Numbered from the stretch's first letter, positions 31,505-42,521 are shown. The stretch: DNA of 64,000 nt from Candidatus Babeliales bacterium (GCA_963743635.1 CAVUQO010000002.1:352001-416000), one strand, 5' to 3'. Translations and numbers: made by a program. Notes: a model not told the origin generated them from the sequence alone.

Positions 31505-34225
31505 TTATCCCTGCTCCATAATGCGCACGCTGCTGCCATTCGTTCCCTTTTCCACCATGAAATGGATCGGAAATTGATCCTTCATTGAAGGTAAGTGCGA
31601 TACGATAATGATCTTGGCAAAATCATCTTGGATCTTATGGAGTGCATCCATGATGTGTGCCAAGCCTTCTTCATCCTGCGAACCAAATCCTTCATCGATG
31701 ATGAGTGTTTGCAGCGAGGTGTTGGCACGACGCGCAAGCAGCTTAGAAATCGCGATGCGAAGGGCAAAATCGATTCTAAATGCTTCACCGCCTGAAAACA
31801 GTTCATAAGGGCGTACGCCGGCGGCATCAGATATTTTGATGTCGAGCGTTTCTTTGGTGCCACCCTTTTTTAAATCGCGCAATGATTCAATGAAAAGTTG
31901 CGCTTGATTATCAGTTAGTTTCGAAAGCAGATGATTTGCTTCCTGTTCAATTTCAGGAATAGCATCTTCGATCAGAAGTGCTTGAATGCCATCTTTGCTG
32001 GTGGCCATTGCAATCGCTTGATAATCGTAGGCTGTTTCTTTGAGTTCTTTGAGCGATTTGAGATGCTGCGCGTGCTGCGTTGCAAGATTCTTTAACTTCT
32101 CAGCCTGATTTTCAAGGCTTCCCTTCAGTTGGAGCAGACCTTCTTTATGGTGCTGTAACGTGCGCATTTCTTGCGCGAGCGTATTTTTGGTGAGTAGCAG
32201 ATCCCTCTCTTCATCAACCAATGATGCATAGGCTGCATGTGCAGTGGTCAATTCTCTGATTTTATGACGCAGTTCCTTGAGTGCTACACATACTGCTTTG
32301 ACTGTTTCGAAGCGTTGATCTTGCAGCTGAATTTCTTTTTTAATGCCCTCATAGTGCATTAATTTTTGCTCAATATCTTGGAGTTTTTTGCGATATTCTG
32401 CATGTTTTTTTTCATCGTATGCCAATGATTGAAGCGCTTGCTCGATCTGCTTGTAGACCATGTAACTGCTCTTTGTGGAGCGGATGATCTTGAAGGCCTT
32501 CTTCATGGTGAGTGTTATGGCGGCAACCTGCGCGGTTTCTTGTTGAATCTTTGTCGTGAATTCCGCGGTGAGTTGCATATGTTTTACCTGATTGGCTTGC
32601 AGCTCAGTTAGCGTGAGTTCAAGGGCAGTTTTTTGTTTGGCTAACTGCTCAATGGTAACGCGTGTAACTTTCAGATCATTACTGAGTTGTTGGTGCGCTT
32701 TGATCGTTTCATGCTGTTCGACGAGTATTGTTTTCAAACGCGTGATAAGCGTGCGCAGGCGATTAAGGCGATGATGATAAAATGATTCTTGTTTGGTGAA
32801 CTGATCTTTTAAAAATCGTTTGCGTGATACCGATAAATTTTGTTCACATAATGGACAGCTTGGATTGGCAGTATCATCAGCGAGCGCATGCTTTTGCGAA
32901 AGGCCGTCTAATTCCTGTTTTATGAGATTACCTTCGGCAATAAAGCGCTGATAATATTCCTTGCGCTTGGTAAATTGTGCCTCCATAACAACAAGATCTT
33001 TTTCTGTGAGCGTTGCCGACTGTTCTTTTTTGGCGAGCTCTGCAATCTGTTTGGTAAGGCTTGTTTGCTCGTTTTGGGCGGTGAGTTGTTGTTTGCCAAT
33101 TTCTTGCAATGCCTTTTCATTGGCGGTCGATTCCAACTTTAATCGCTCGAGTATGAGCGTTTGTTCCTGCAGGGCAGTTGCTTGTTCTTGCTGTACCGTT
33201 TGCTCGATTTTCTGCAGGCCTTCCCTTGCTTTTAAAAGCTGTTCTCTTAATTGCAACTGCTTTTGCAGCTGATCTTGATACATGAAAAGAATCTCTGAAG
33301 TTTGTTTTCGTTCACTTTCGATATCTTCAATCTGCGGCAATGACCAGTAGGTTTTATTAACGGTGCGCCATTGGGCACGAGTAGTGCGCAGCTGCGTTAA
33401 TAATTTTTGTTCCTGTTCGATGTGTTGCTGATGCGTTACTTGCAATGCATGAAACTCTTTTTGTTGTGTAACGAGTGCAGCCTGCTTTTTTTCGAGTTCT
33501 TGCGTCCGCTGTGCAAAGGCGGTTTCTTGTTGAGCAATACAGTTTAAAGTCTCGATTGAGGATTTGATTTCTTGCTGAATAGCGGGCGTTTGCTCGAGTT
33601 CTTTTGAGATTGCTTCATCAAGACGTTCAATCATTTGATATTGTGCGACGGTGTCTCGTATTTTATCCATCGCGAGCCGTTTGATCGTATCATATTGATC
33701 AAGACCGAGTATGGAAGCGAGAATTTCTTTCCGCTCTTTGGGCGATTTTTTTGAGAATTCATTTGCTGATCCCTGGCGTAAAAATGCAGAGTTGCTGAAT
33801 GCATCAAAAGAAAGATGTAAGGTTTGTTCAATCTTCTCTTGCGTGTCGCGAATAGTTTTGCCCGTGAGCGGAATGATACTATTTTTTTCGGCATCGAGAA
33901 GACCGAATTCAAGCCCTGCAAGGGGTTTGCCGTACGTGATCGCAAATTCACGGCGTACACGATAGAGTTGGTTGTTGAATTCAAAATCAAAGATCACCAT
34001 CATCTGCGTTTGCCCAAGGTGCACGAGTCCTTGATCTGCTTTTACCGTTGCGGATGTTTTGCGCGCTTGGCCCCATAATGCCCAGGTGATGGCATCTAAT
34101 AATGCAGATTTGCCGTGTCCGTTTTTACCCGACAGGCAGATGAGTGGATAGTTTGAAAACTCGATCGTTTGTAACGTCGGCCCGTAACTGAGAAAATTTT
34201 TGAGTTGTAGTCGTACTGGAATCAT
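31505..34225 (-). CDS. sbcC: SbcC/Rad50-like SMC-family ATPase
   Basis: LKNFLSY, GKNGHGKS Walker A, LRQG, CPLC zinc hook, FSGGE, LIIDEGFGSQD, IIIVSH. Confidence 0.92.
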   Translation of the reverse strand: MIPVRLQLKNFLSYGPTLQTIEFSNYPLICLSGKNGHGKSALLDAITWALWGQARKTSATVKADQGLVHLGQTQMMVIFDFEFNNQLYRVRREFAITYGKPLAGLEFGLLDAEKNSIIPLTGKTIRDTQEKIEQTLHLSFDAFSNSAFLRQGSANEFSKKSPKERKEILASILGLDQYDTIKRLAMDKIRDTVAQYQMIERLDEAISKELEQTPAIQQEIKSSIETLNCIAQQETAFAQRTQELEKKQAALVTQQKEFHALQVTHQQHIEQEQKLLTQLRTTRAQWRTVNKTYWSLPQIEDIESERKQTSEILFMYQDQLQKQLQLREQLLKAREGLQKIEQTVQQEQATALQEQTLILERLKLESTANEKALQEIGKQQLTAQNEQTSLTKQIAELAKKEQSATLTEKDLVVMEAQFTKRKEYYQRFIAEGNLIKQELDGLSQKHALADDTANPSCPLCEQNLSVSRKRFLKDQFTKQESFYHHRLNRLRTLITRLKTILVEQHETIKAHQQLSNDLKVTRVTIEQLAKQKTALELTLTELQANQVKHMQLTAEFTTKIQQETAQVAAITLTMKKAFKIIRSTKSSYMVYKQIEQALQSLAYDEKKHAEYRKKLQDIEQKLMHYEGIKKEIQLQDQRFETVKAVCVALKELRHKIRELTTAHAAYASLVDEERDLLLTKNTLAQEMRTLQHHKEGLLQLKGSLENQAEKLKNLATQHAQHLKSLKELKETAYDYQAIAMATSKDGIQALLIEDAIPEIEQEANHLLSKLTDNQAQLFIESLRDLKKGGTKETLDIKISDAAGVRPYELFSGGEAFRIDFALRIAISKLLARRANTSLQTLIIDEGFGSQDEEGLAHIMDALHKIQDDFAKIIIVSHLPSMKDQFPIHFMVEKGTNGSSVRIMEQG

Positions 34226-34386
34226 GTTTTTATGCCCTTTTATTGTATGCAGTAGTGTAACACGTGTATATCGAAGGGGGAATAACAAACTTTATATTTT
34301 TTAGTGCTATAATCGTATACAATAATCTTCAACATGAGCAATACGTGAAAATAATAAGAAACTAAAGAGATTGTTATTATTGTGTT

Positions 34387-34527
34387 CCGTTACCCGTTCG
34401 AGACGTTCTTCATCCCGCTTTGCGAGATTCAGAACCCTCAGGGCGAACGGAAAAAATATCCATTCCCCGTTCGCCCTGAGGATTTTTCGACCCTTTAGGA
34501 GAGAAAAATATCGAATGGGTTAGGGGA
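34387..34527. repeat. Inverted doublet of type A palindromic elements
   Basis: ...ctcagggcgaacgg-spacer-ccgttcgccctgag...tcgaatggg. Confidence 0.8.
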
Positions 34528-34609
34528 TAAAAGTAATATTGTTATAGATATGTGTGAATTTTATAATTTGCTCAGACTTAATGAATATGATTAGAAATCA
34601 GGAAAAATT

Positions 34610-36013
34610 ATGATAGATGCTATATTTCGTGAATATGATATTCGAGGCAAGGTTGGATCTGAACTTATTATCGATCAGGTCTATGATCTTGGCCGTGCAG
34701 TAGCCTACTATTTTGTAGAGCATAATCCGCATGTGCGTACGGTCGTAGTTGGTATGGATGGTCGGACGCATTCACCGGCAATTAAAGATGAGCTCGTGCG
34801 TGGCTTACGTGATTCAGGATTGGACGTACTGTTTGTTGGGTTATGTCCATCACCGGCTCTTTATTTTGCCTTATATACGCGTGATGTGCAGGCAGGCCTC
34901 ATGATCACGGCTTCTCATAATCCAGGAGAATACAATGGATTTAAGATTTGCTTAGGTAAAGATTCAGTGTGGGGGACGCAAGTTGCCGTTATTCGTGATT
35001 TATATAAAGAGAAAAAAAGAATTAATGCTACGCGTGTCGGCGTCTTAAAAGAAGAACCGATTGTACCCGCTTATATTGCATGGCTGGTCAATCACTTTCC
35101 GAAACTCAAAGGTATGCCGTTATCGGTGGTAATCGATTGTGGTAACGGTGCAGGAGGAGCGGTAATTCCTGATTTAGTGCGTGCGATGGAGTGGCCGAAT
35201 ATAACATTGCTTTACTGCGAGGTTGATGGTACTTATCCGCATCATGAAGCCGATCCGGTAAAAGAAGAAAATATGCTCGATGTGAAACGTCTCTTGCTCG
35301 AAACGGACATTCAACTTGGTGTTGGCCTCGATGGTGATGCGGATCGCATGGTGGCGATGACAAAAAAAGGCTTCTTGGTTCCGGGCGATCAACTCTTGGC
35401 ATTATTTAGTCAGCAACTGCTTGCAAAAAAGCCCGGCAGTTCGATTGTATTCGATATCAAAAGTTCTTCAGGACTTGCAGAATTGATTACAAAATGGGGC
35501 GGAAAGCCGTTCATGTCTCCTTCAGGACATGCGATTGTAAAAGATCACATGCATCAGCATCATGCGCAGATTGGCGGTGAATTGAGTTGTCATTTTTTCT
35601 TTGAAGACGATTATTTTGGGTATGATGATGGCATTTATGCGATGCTTCGTTTATTTGCATTACTGCATGAAACGCATGAAACGCTTGATGCGCTCTTGAA
35701 AGTATTTCCTACAAAATATAGTTCGCGCGAAATACGCATTGCGTGTCCCGATGATAAAAAACATGCGATCGTAGAAGAGGTACGTGATTATTTTAGAAAA
35801 CGGCCCGACGTTTCTCTCATGGTCATCGATGGTGCGCGCGTTGCAACTGATTATGGCTGGGGTATTGTGCGCGTTTCTAATACGCAGCCAGCACTCAGCA
35901 TGCGCTTTGAAGCAAATACGCCAGAGGGATTGGTCAAAATAAAAGAAGAATTTCTTGCTGCATTAGCGCCACATTTTGATATAACTATCCTCAAAAAGGA
36001 ACTTGAGTTATAG
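34610..36013 (+). CDS. Phosphomannomutase/phosphoglucomutase
   Basis: FREYDIRG, TASHNP, DGDADR, GELSCH, RVSNTQP. Confidence 0.95.
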   Translation: MIDAIFREYDIRGKVGSELIIDQVYDLGRAVAYYFVEHNPHVRTVVVGMDGRTHSPAIKDELVRGLRDSGLDVLFVGLCPSPALYFALYTRDVQAGLMITASHNPGEYNGFKICLGKDSVWGTQVAVIRDLYKEKKRINATRVGVLKEEPIVPAYIAWLVNHFPKLKGMPLSVVIDCGNGAGGAVIPDLVRAMEWPNITLLYCEVDGTYPHHEADPVKEENMLDVKRLLLETDIQLGVGLDGDADRMVAMTKKGFLVPGDQLLALFSQQLLAKKPGSSIVFDIKSSSGLAELITKWGGKPFMSPSGHAIVKDHMHQHHAQIGGELSCHFFFEDDYFGYDDGIYAMLRLFALLHETHETLDALLKVFPTKYSSREIRIACPDDKKHAIVEEVRDYFRKRPDVSLMVIDGARVATDYGWGIVRVSNTQPALSMRFEANTPEGLVKIKEEFLAALAPHFDITILKKELEL

Positions 36014-36857
36014 GAATTCTACCGTGCGTGATATCGGATTACATTTACGAATGCAGAAAGAATTATGTGATGTGGCGCAGCGAGCCGTTGCGTTAACGTT
36101 ACCATTTTTCCAATGCTTTTTGCGTCCAATGGGTTCGAAAGAACCCATTTTTTTTAGCAAGGCCGATGTCGATCTTTTTTTAAGAGAGTATAGGCCAGCA
36201 TTTAATTCCTTGTATTTGCATGGTTCCTACTGGATCAATTTAGCAAATATTAGTCGCACAAAGCATCACATTCTTACCAAGGAATTGCAGTGGGCAAAAA
36301 AACTTTCGTTTACGCACATGATTTTACATCCTGGTTCTGCAAAGGGGGCAGTTGATCGGCAAGAGGGGATTGATGCATTAGCGCGTACCTTAAATGATAT
36401 CTTAAAGCGTGAGCATGATATCAAAATTGTGCTTGAAAATACGGCACACGGAAAAATGTCGATCGGCGGCAATATGCATGATTTTGCACATATTTTAGAA
36501 AAATTGGAGTGTCCGGATCGGGTGATGTTTTGTATCGATACTGCGCATGCATTTGCCTATGGCTATAATGTACGCGACCCTCAGGGGCAGGATGCATTCA
36601 TCGCTTTACTTGAAAAAACGATTGGTATTGAGCGTATTGCGCTTTTGCACGTCAATGACACCCATGAACATTTAGGATCGTGCATGGATCGGCATCATAT
36701 GATTGGCGATGGTGCCATTGGTGAGGAAGCATTGCGGCGTTTTGTCTTGCATCCGCAATTACACACTATTCCGATGCTCATGGAACCTCCTGTTATCACT
36801 TTTTCTGAAGAGCATGGTATGCTCAAAAAAGTTTTATCATGGCACACTGAAAAATAA
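36003..36857 (+). CDS. nfo: Endonuclease IV
   Basis: HGSYWINL, HPGS, LENTA, CIDTAH, HVND, DRHHMIG. Confidence 0.93.
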   Translation: MSYRNSTVRDIGLHLRMQKELCDVAQRAVALTLPFFQCFLRPMGSKEPIFFSKADVDLFLREYRPAFNSLYLHGSYWINLANISRTKHHILTKELQWAKKLSFTHMILHPGSAKGAVDRQEGIDALARTLNDILKREHDIKIVLENTAHGKMSIGGNMHDFAHILEKLECPDRVMFCIDTAHAFAYGYNVRDPQGQDAFIALLEKTIGIERIALLHVNDTHEHLGSCMDRHHMIGDGAIGEEALRRFVLHPQLHTIPMLMEPPVITFSEEHGMLKKVLSWHTEK

Positions 36858-36868
36858 GGAGCAGTAAG

Positions 36869-37873
36869 ATGCGTATAGCAGTGAACGGTTTTGGCCGTAT
36901 AGGACGAAATTTTGTGCGAGCGCTTATGCAAGATGAGGAAGCACAAAAAAGCATTACACTGGTCGCCATTAATGTCGGGCCAGCAGATCCAGAATCAATC
37001 CCTTACATCTTTAAGTATGACACGCTAATGGGCATCTTTCCTGGTGCAGTACTGCTTGAAAATTCAATGCTCCATATTAATGGGCATACCATTAGTCTGT
37101 TAGCCGAAACATCACCTGAAAATATTGATTGGAGCATGCGTGATGTTGACTGGGTGGTTGATTGTAGCGGACACTTCACTCATCGCGATCAGGCAGTAAA
37201 GCATCTAGCTGCAGGAGCACGCGGCGTACTAATCTCTGCGCCAGCAAAAGACGAAGATATTACGATTATACCTGGCGTTAATGAATCAGCATTCAATCCT
37301 GAAAAACATCGTATTGTCTCACTCGGTAGTTGTACGACCAACGCATTATTGCCCCTCACCAAATGTATTCATGACGCATTTAAGATCACCCAGGGCTTTA
37401 TGACAACGGTGCATGCATACACCAACAGCCAGGTGCTTTTGGATGTGAGTGTACCAGGCGATGTACGTAGATCTCGTGCGGCTGCACTGAATATTATCCC
37501 AACCAGCACCGGCGCGATGAAGGTACTCGGCAAAGTAATGCCGGAATTGGATGGAAAAATCCAAGGAATCGCATTGCGCGTGCCAGTTGGTAAGGTTTCT
37601 ATTATCGATTTAGTGGTTAATACGCAAAAACCGATGACCGTTAATGCGATTCATGACGCAATACGTATTGCGAGTAATGGCGCTATGAAAGGCATTATGG
37701 ATCTTTCCAAGGAACCGCTCGTTTCGAGTGATTATAGTGGTAATGGGTATTCGGTTATCGTTGATGGCTTATTGACGGAGGCGGATGGCACCATGGCAAA
37801 AATAGTCGGCTGGTATGATAATGAATGGGCCTATAGTGTTCGGTTGAAGGACTTCCTTTTAAAAATTGCATAG
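36869..37873 (+). CDS. gap: Glyceraldehyde-3-phosphate dehydrogenase type I
   Basis: NGFGRIGR, SCTTN, NIIPTSTGA, WYDNEW. Confidence 0.96.
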   Translation: MRIAVNGFGRIGRNFVRALMQDEEAQKSITLVAINVGPADPESIPYIFKYDTLMGIFPGAVLLENSMLHINGHTISLLAETSPENIDWSMRDVDWVVDCSGHFTHRDQAVKHLAAGARGVLISAPAKDEDITIIPGVNESAFNPEKHRIVSLGSCTTNALLPLTKCIHDAFKITQGFMTTVHAYTNSQVLLDVSVPGDVRRSRAAALNIIPTSTGAMKVLGKVMPELDGKIQGIALRVPVGKVSIIDLVVNTQKPMTVNAIHDAIRIASNGAMKGIMDLSKEPLVSSDYSGNGYSVIVDGLLTEADGTMAKIVGWYDNEWAYSVRLKDFLLKIA

Positions 37874-37975
37874 CAATAACGTGAAATTTTGCTTCACAAC
37901 GAGGCTGTTTTGCTTTACTCTATAGTGGTCTACATCTTAGGTTAGATACGTATTTGAGCTTATAAAAATTATGGC

Positions 37976-38052
37976 GGGCCCATAGCTCAGTCGGTTAGAG
38001 CAATCGGCTCATAACCGAGAGGTCCCAGGTTCAAGTCCTGGTGGGCCCACCA
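37976..38052 (+). tRNA. tRNA with CAT anticodon, most like tRNA-Ile2 (lysidine)
   Basis: GGGCCCA/TGGGCCC acceptor, CTCATAA loop, GGTTCAAGTCC T-arm, encoded CCA; G1-C72 pair excludes fMet. Confidence 0.9.
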
Positions 38053-38228
38053 GTCATTTTTCAATCCTCTTTAGCTGAGAGCTTTCTTCGCAGCGGATAA
38101 AAATGACTGGCGAGCCTGTCCTTCGAAGCTCGGTAACGAGCGAACTAGGGCCAGTTTTTTTAAGGATTTAAGATAAAACGCTTCGCATATGGTTGCCATG
38201 TGGAATGTCCAAAAAAAGCGGGAATCGT

Positions 38229-38972
38229 ATGATGAGCCAAAATCCATTCAAGCTATTTCTGAGTCTTGTAACATTCGATAATGAATTACGTGCACTCGAA
38301 GAAAAAATCATCCAGGTGCAGGACAAAAAAGAAGCTCTTATTGAGCAAAAAGACAAGCTAATCAGCGCCGTTGAACAGCTGAAAAAACAAGAGCATGACG
38401 TTCGCAAAGAAGTTGATATGCATGAACTGCATATGAAAGAGCTCGATGCAAAAGAGCAGTCAAAAAAACATCAATTAGATGATATCAATACTCCCAAAGA
38501 ATATACTCTTGTGAAACGTGAGATCGAAGCGATCAATCGTGAACAGCATGAGCATGAACATACGCTGATGCAGGTGTGGAACACCCTTGAATCAGTGCAT
38601 AAAACATTCGAAACCAAAGAGCATGAACTAGTCGGCGCGCTTGCCGCACTTGATACTGAGATTGCAGCATTGCAAGCGCAGGAAGATCAGATGGAAGCAT
38701 CTCATGAAGAAAGAATGGCGCATCGCAAAGAACATCTTGCGGGTATTCCAGAAGACTGGCTTGAGAAATATCGTGCGATGCAATCACGCGTTACTGATCC
38801 TGTGGTTCCTGTACAACAAGGAAGCTGCAGTGCGTGCTTTTATGATATTACTGAACAAAAATTAGTCGCATTAAAGCGGCATGCACTCTTGCAGTGCGAA
38901 GGATGCTATCGCTTTTTATATATGCCCGATAGAGCAGAAAATACCGAACAATCAGAGCATAAGGATAGTTAA
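38229..38972 (+). CDS. Coiled-coil + C4 zinc-ribbon protein (CT398/DUF164-like)
   Basis: Long coiled coil, CSAC...CEGCYRFLY. Confidence 0.88.
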   Translation: MMSQNPFKLFLSLVTFDNELRALEEKIIQVQDKKEALIEQKDKLISAVEQLKKQEHDVRKEVDMHELHMKELDAKEQSKKHQLDDINTPKEYTLVKREIEAINREQHEHEHTLMQVWNTLESVHKTFETKEHELVGALAALDTEIAALQAQEDQMEASHEERMAHRKEHLAGIPEDWLEKYRAMQSRVTDPVVPVQQGSCSACFYDITEQKLVALKRHALLQCEGCYRFLYMPDRAENTEQSEHKDS

Positions 38973-38980
38973 CGCAGATC

Positions 38981-39463
38981 ATGGAATTGTCACATAAAAA
39001 AACTCACGCTCATTACTGGAAGCTGTACATCGATGGTGCATCGAGGAATAATCCCGGTGTATCTGGCGCTGGTGTCTATATTTTAAAAGATAATAAACCG
39101 GTTTTCATGAACGGTTATTTTCTTGGTATTAAAACTAATAATCAAGCCGAATATTTGGCTCTTTTATTGGGTCTTTATAATGTCGTATCGTTAATGGGTC
39201 CTGAAGATTTATTAATGATCATTTCCGATTCTCTCTTACTCGTGCGTCAATTGCAGGGTGCCTATGCGATTCGTAATGAATACATTCGTGTAGCGCATGG
39301 CGTTGCGCGGGAACTGCTCGCTGATATTCACTATGACGTTGGTCATGTGTTACGCGAAGAAAACAAACATGCTGATAAATTAGCCAATAAAGGTATTGAT
39401 GATAAAATCATGGTGCCGACAGAATTTTCGAACATTTTGCGAGCACATGGTATTTCGTTATAA
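38981..39463 (+). CDS. rnhA: Ribonuclease HI
   Basis: YIDGASRNNPG, TNNQAEY, SDSLL, HVLREENKHADKLAN. Confidence 0.93.
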   Translation: MELSHKKTHAHYWKLYIDGASRNNPGVSGAGVYILKDNKPVFMNGYFLGIKTNNQAEYLALLLGLYNVVSLMGPEDLLMIISDSLLLVRQLQGAYAIRNEYIRVAHGVARELLADIHYDVGHVLREENKHADKLANKGIDDKIMVPTEFSNILRAHGISL

Positions 39464-40706
39464 CTTTTTTATTTATCTTCTGAGTGGACTCATTGCAGCG
39501 CAGTGTGTCTCAATCCACGCTGTAAAAAAACCGTCTTTAAAAGAACGAGCACAAGATGTAGATGCAGACATTAGTTATGACATCGCATCACATGATGCCG
39601 CACCTTCTGATAACCCACCCGAATATAAAAAAGAACGCACGTGCAACGTTCGTATTCTACTCGATGAACATGATCGTTCTGCTAAAGGTTCATGGGATTT
39701 TGAGAGTGATGAAGGGTTTGCGCTCAGTGATGAGCTCGTGCCTGTGCGTAGTATGAGCCATGATGATCGTGTTTTAACGATTAGCCATGCGCGTGGTTCA
39801 CTCTATCTGAACGGCCGTCGTTGCACCAAAAAAAAGCTGCATATTATTCCACGTGATGGAAAAATCACCAATGACGATCGCAGCTATCACGGCTCAATGT
39901 TGATTGTTGCCCATGAGCAATCATGGCTGCTGATTAACATGATCGATTTAGAAGAATATATCTATTCAGTACTCCAAACTGAAAGTTGGCCCGGATGGCC
40001 ACTTGAGGTGAATAAAGCATTTGCCATTACCTCTCGTACGTATGCAATCGCCATGATGTTACGCTCAAATGCTAACAAGCTCCCCTATCATTTACGCAAT
40101 ACCAATGCGCATCAAACCTATCAAGGGGTGCACAGCAATACTGATCTTTGGCGCGCAGTTGATCACACCAAGGGATTATTTATTGGCTATGAAAACAAGC
40201 CTATCCTGGCCATGTTTGATGCATGCTGTGGCGGCATTATTCCTGCACACATTAAAGATTTTGATTTTCGAAAAGCGCCTTATCTTGCGCGAGAATATGC
40301 CTGTACTCATTGCAAGCGCTGCAAGATCTATAATTGGGACGTTGAGTATGATCTGAGCGATTTTGAAAAAATTATCAAAAATGAATATCCCCATCTGAGT
40401 AAGATTAAAAAAATCGAAATTACCAAGCGTGATAAGGCCGGTTTGACGCACACCGTCAATATCGTCGGCCATAAAAATAAACAATCTATTACCGGAAAAA
40501 AATTCTATTCCTTGCTCAAGGATGTAAAAAGTTTTGCGTATGACATTCATATGCGCGAAGATATGGTCCATATCAAAGGCACCGGCTATGGCCATCATTT
40601 GGGCCTATGTCAATGGGGCGCGCGCGAAATGGTGCGCGATGGCTCCGATTATCGTTCGGTTTTACGCTTCTATTATCCAGGCACTTGTTTCATGACGCTG
40701 GTATAG
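39447..40706 (+). CDS. SpoIID/LytB-domain lytic transglycosylase
   Basis: N-terminal hydrophobic segment; LEEYIYSVLQTE, AITSRTYA, QTYQG, GYGHHLGLCQWGA, YYPG. Confidence 0.92.
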   Translation: MVFRYNFFIYLLSGLIAAQCVSIHAVKKPSLKERAQDVDADISYDIASHDAAPSDNPPEYKKERTCNVRILLDEHDRSAKGSWDFESDEGFALSDELVPVRSMSHDDRVLTISHARGSLYLNGRRCTKKKLHIIPRDGKITNDDRSYHGSMLIVAHEQSWLLINMIDLEEYIYSVLQTESWPGWPLEVNKAFAITSRTYAIAMMLRSNANKLPYHLRNTNAHQTYQGVHSNTDLWRAVDHTKGLFIGYENKPILAMFDACCGGIIPAHIKDFDFRKAPYLAREYACTHCKRCKIYNWDVEYDLSDFEKIIKNEYPHLSKIKKIEITKRDKAGLTHTVNIVGHKNKQSITGKKFYSLLKDVKSFAYDIHMREDMVHIKGTGYGHHLGLCQWGAREMVRDGSDYRSVLRFYYPGTCFMTLV

Positions 40707-40811
40707 CCCTTCCGTCTTCGCCAAGGCTTAGCCGGACACAGTCGTGAGGGCCTGACGGCACTTCTCCCAGCCTTCGCATAAAGCTTCGGCGGGCGCAGCA
40801 GGATGAGCGAA
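40707..40811. repeat. Nested palindromic elements (type B inside type A)
   Basis: ccctt[ccgtcttcgccaaggcttagccggacacagt]cg...[ccttcgcataaagcttcggcgggcgcag]caggatgagcg. Confidence 0.7.
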
Positions 40812-40823
40812 AATCTTAAAAAT

Positions 40824-40865
40824 AAAAAAGCCCCCGGATTAATTTCCGAGGGCTTTTTTATTTTA
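40824..40865. terminator. Bidirectional terminator
   Basis: aaaaaagcccccgga-ttaat-ttccgagggcttttt. Confidence 0.85.
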
Positions 40866-40891
40866 GAATGAGAATCTAAATTCTTTGATTT

Positions 40892-41770
40892 TTATTCCTT
40901 GTTGCTCTTGAGTGCATTGCAGCGTTCTGTAATTGCCGTAGTCAAAAGAGAAGACATTTTGTCCACTAAATGATTCACGCTTTCGTTATGAGCGAGTAAT
41001 TCTTCAAGACTAAGAGTTTTTTGTGGAGCCTGACTACTTGAGGAACCATTGTTGGGTGCAGTAGCAACAGGTGCTGCAGAGGTTGCAGTTGGCTGAGCAT
41101 TATTGTTGTTATTATTCTTTTTTGCAGGAATCATTGCTTGCAATACGAGTGCATCACGTTGCATTTTGAGGTTCGCAAGTTGTACTTTGAACATAGTCAT
41201 TTGAAGAAGTTCCAAAAGTTGTTGCTTTTCTTCTTCAGGCGTTAGTTTCTTTGTTTACTGTTTTGCTTCTCGTGGTGCTTGCGAACTTTCTCCTTTTTCC
41301 ATATTGGTAGGCGCTCGCGTTGTTTTCAGTTGGAGGAGTTTGTCTCTGCGTGTGGTATTGCTATTTTTGAAAAATTCCCGCGTCGTTCTTCGAAGCTCTT
41401 TGGCCACGAGGGAATACGCTTGAGCGAGATATTGTCCATTTTCGTTAATTAATTGTGCTGTTTCTTCGCTTGTGTCAACACCTGCTGCGGCGATCATTGC
41501 GGAGGTAGTGGATAGTATAGATTCTGCACGTGTGGATTGCTCACGCAAGGGGGTAGCCTCGATTGAACCTTCTGGAGAAAATAGTGTTATTAGTTCGAGG
41601 TTTCTTTGGATCGCGATTGCTTGCAGGCATTGGAGGGTGAGCCGTAGCTGCATGGAATCGGACATTACTTCTTGCGGTGCTTGTAAAATTTCGCCTTTTT
41701 CCATAGCGCGCATGGAAGAAGTGCTGAGAAGAATGAGCAGAGATAATGATAATAGGCGTGCGTGTTTCAT
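40892..41770 (-). CDS. Secreted helical/low-complexity orphan protein (probably one gene split near 41255)
   Basis: Signal ending SMRA-MEKGE; downstream ORF lacks its own good start; Asn run and S/T/A/P linker. Confidence 0.6.
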
Positions 41771-41944
41771 GGTTTTTCCTTCATGAATATCTTGTACTAT
41801 GTTGGTTGTTTTGCGTGTCTAGTGTAACAGAGAGTGATTTGTTTGTGTAGCAAGATGGTTGTTGTTTTGCGCTTTTATTATCCAAGCACTTGTATCATGA
41901 CGCTGGTATAGCGATTCTGACTTTGTCCATAGCGGGATTTCATT

Positions 41945-42089
41945 TTTCCGTCCTGATCGAAGGCCCAGAGGGGCCAAAGTTGAAGGATGATAAGGATATA
42001 AATAGGTGTTCGAATCCTTCAACAGCGCTCGCCCTTCGACCCTTCGACAGGCTCAGGGCTCAGGGGCTGCTTCGCTCAGGACGAACAGA
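41945..42089. repeat. Palindromic-element doublet with triple nesting
   Basis: tccttcaacagcgctc[gcccttcgac[ccttcgacaggctcaggg]ctcaggg]gctgcttcgctcaggacgaac. Confidence 0.75.
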
Positions 42090-42137
42090 GATTGTTCGTA
42101 TACTTGTTTCATGAAGTTGATATCAGATATCCTGGTT

Positions 42138-42521
42138 AATGCGAACTGGATCTAAGAAGCGTTCATTACGAGATGGTGTTTTTATTATAAAAATAAGTAA
42201 AATTTCCTCCTCCGTTCGTCTCGAGTGATGCTATCCAGAACGTAGTGAGGGAGAGCATTGTGCGAGAGATATTAATCAGATAAATCCCTTTTTTAAAGGA
42301 ACGGAATGCATAGAAGCTTTATAAGGAATATTATTTTATCCACAATCTCTCGCACATTTTCCTCCATCACTATGTTCAGGATGAAAACACTCCCATGCTT
42401 CGCTAAGGCTACGCAGGGCACGCGAGACGACTGCGTCCGGCGTAGTTCCGTGAGGAACGTAGACGGAACGGGAAAGGGAATAACTTATTAAATATTAACT
42501 TTATTACGTCGAGTTCGCGTT
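42138..42521. mobile_element. MITE-like composite with imperfect TIRs; inner ~165 bp is an inverted copy of 63028-63204
   Basis: aatgcgaactggatctaa ... ttacgtcgagttcgcgtt; shared block ctttataaggaatatt...cccatgcttcgc.aaggctacgcagggcacgcg.gacgactgcgtccggcgtagtt. Confidence 0.75.

Noticed and set aside
41819..42491. Short ORFs 41819-42022, 41890-42114 and 42306-42491
   Set aside because: They are chance translations of stacked palindromic repeats with no convincing RBS or protein features.
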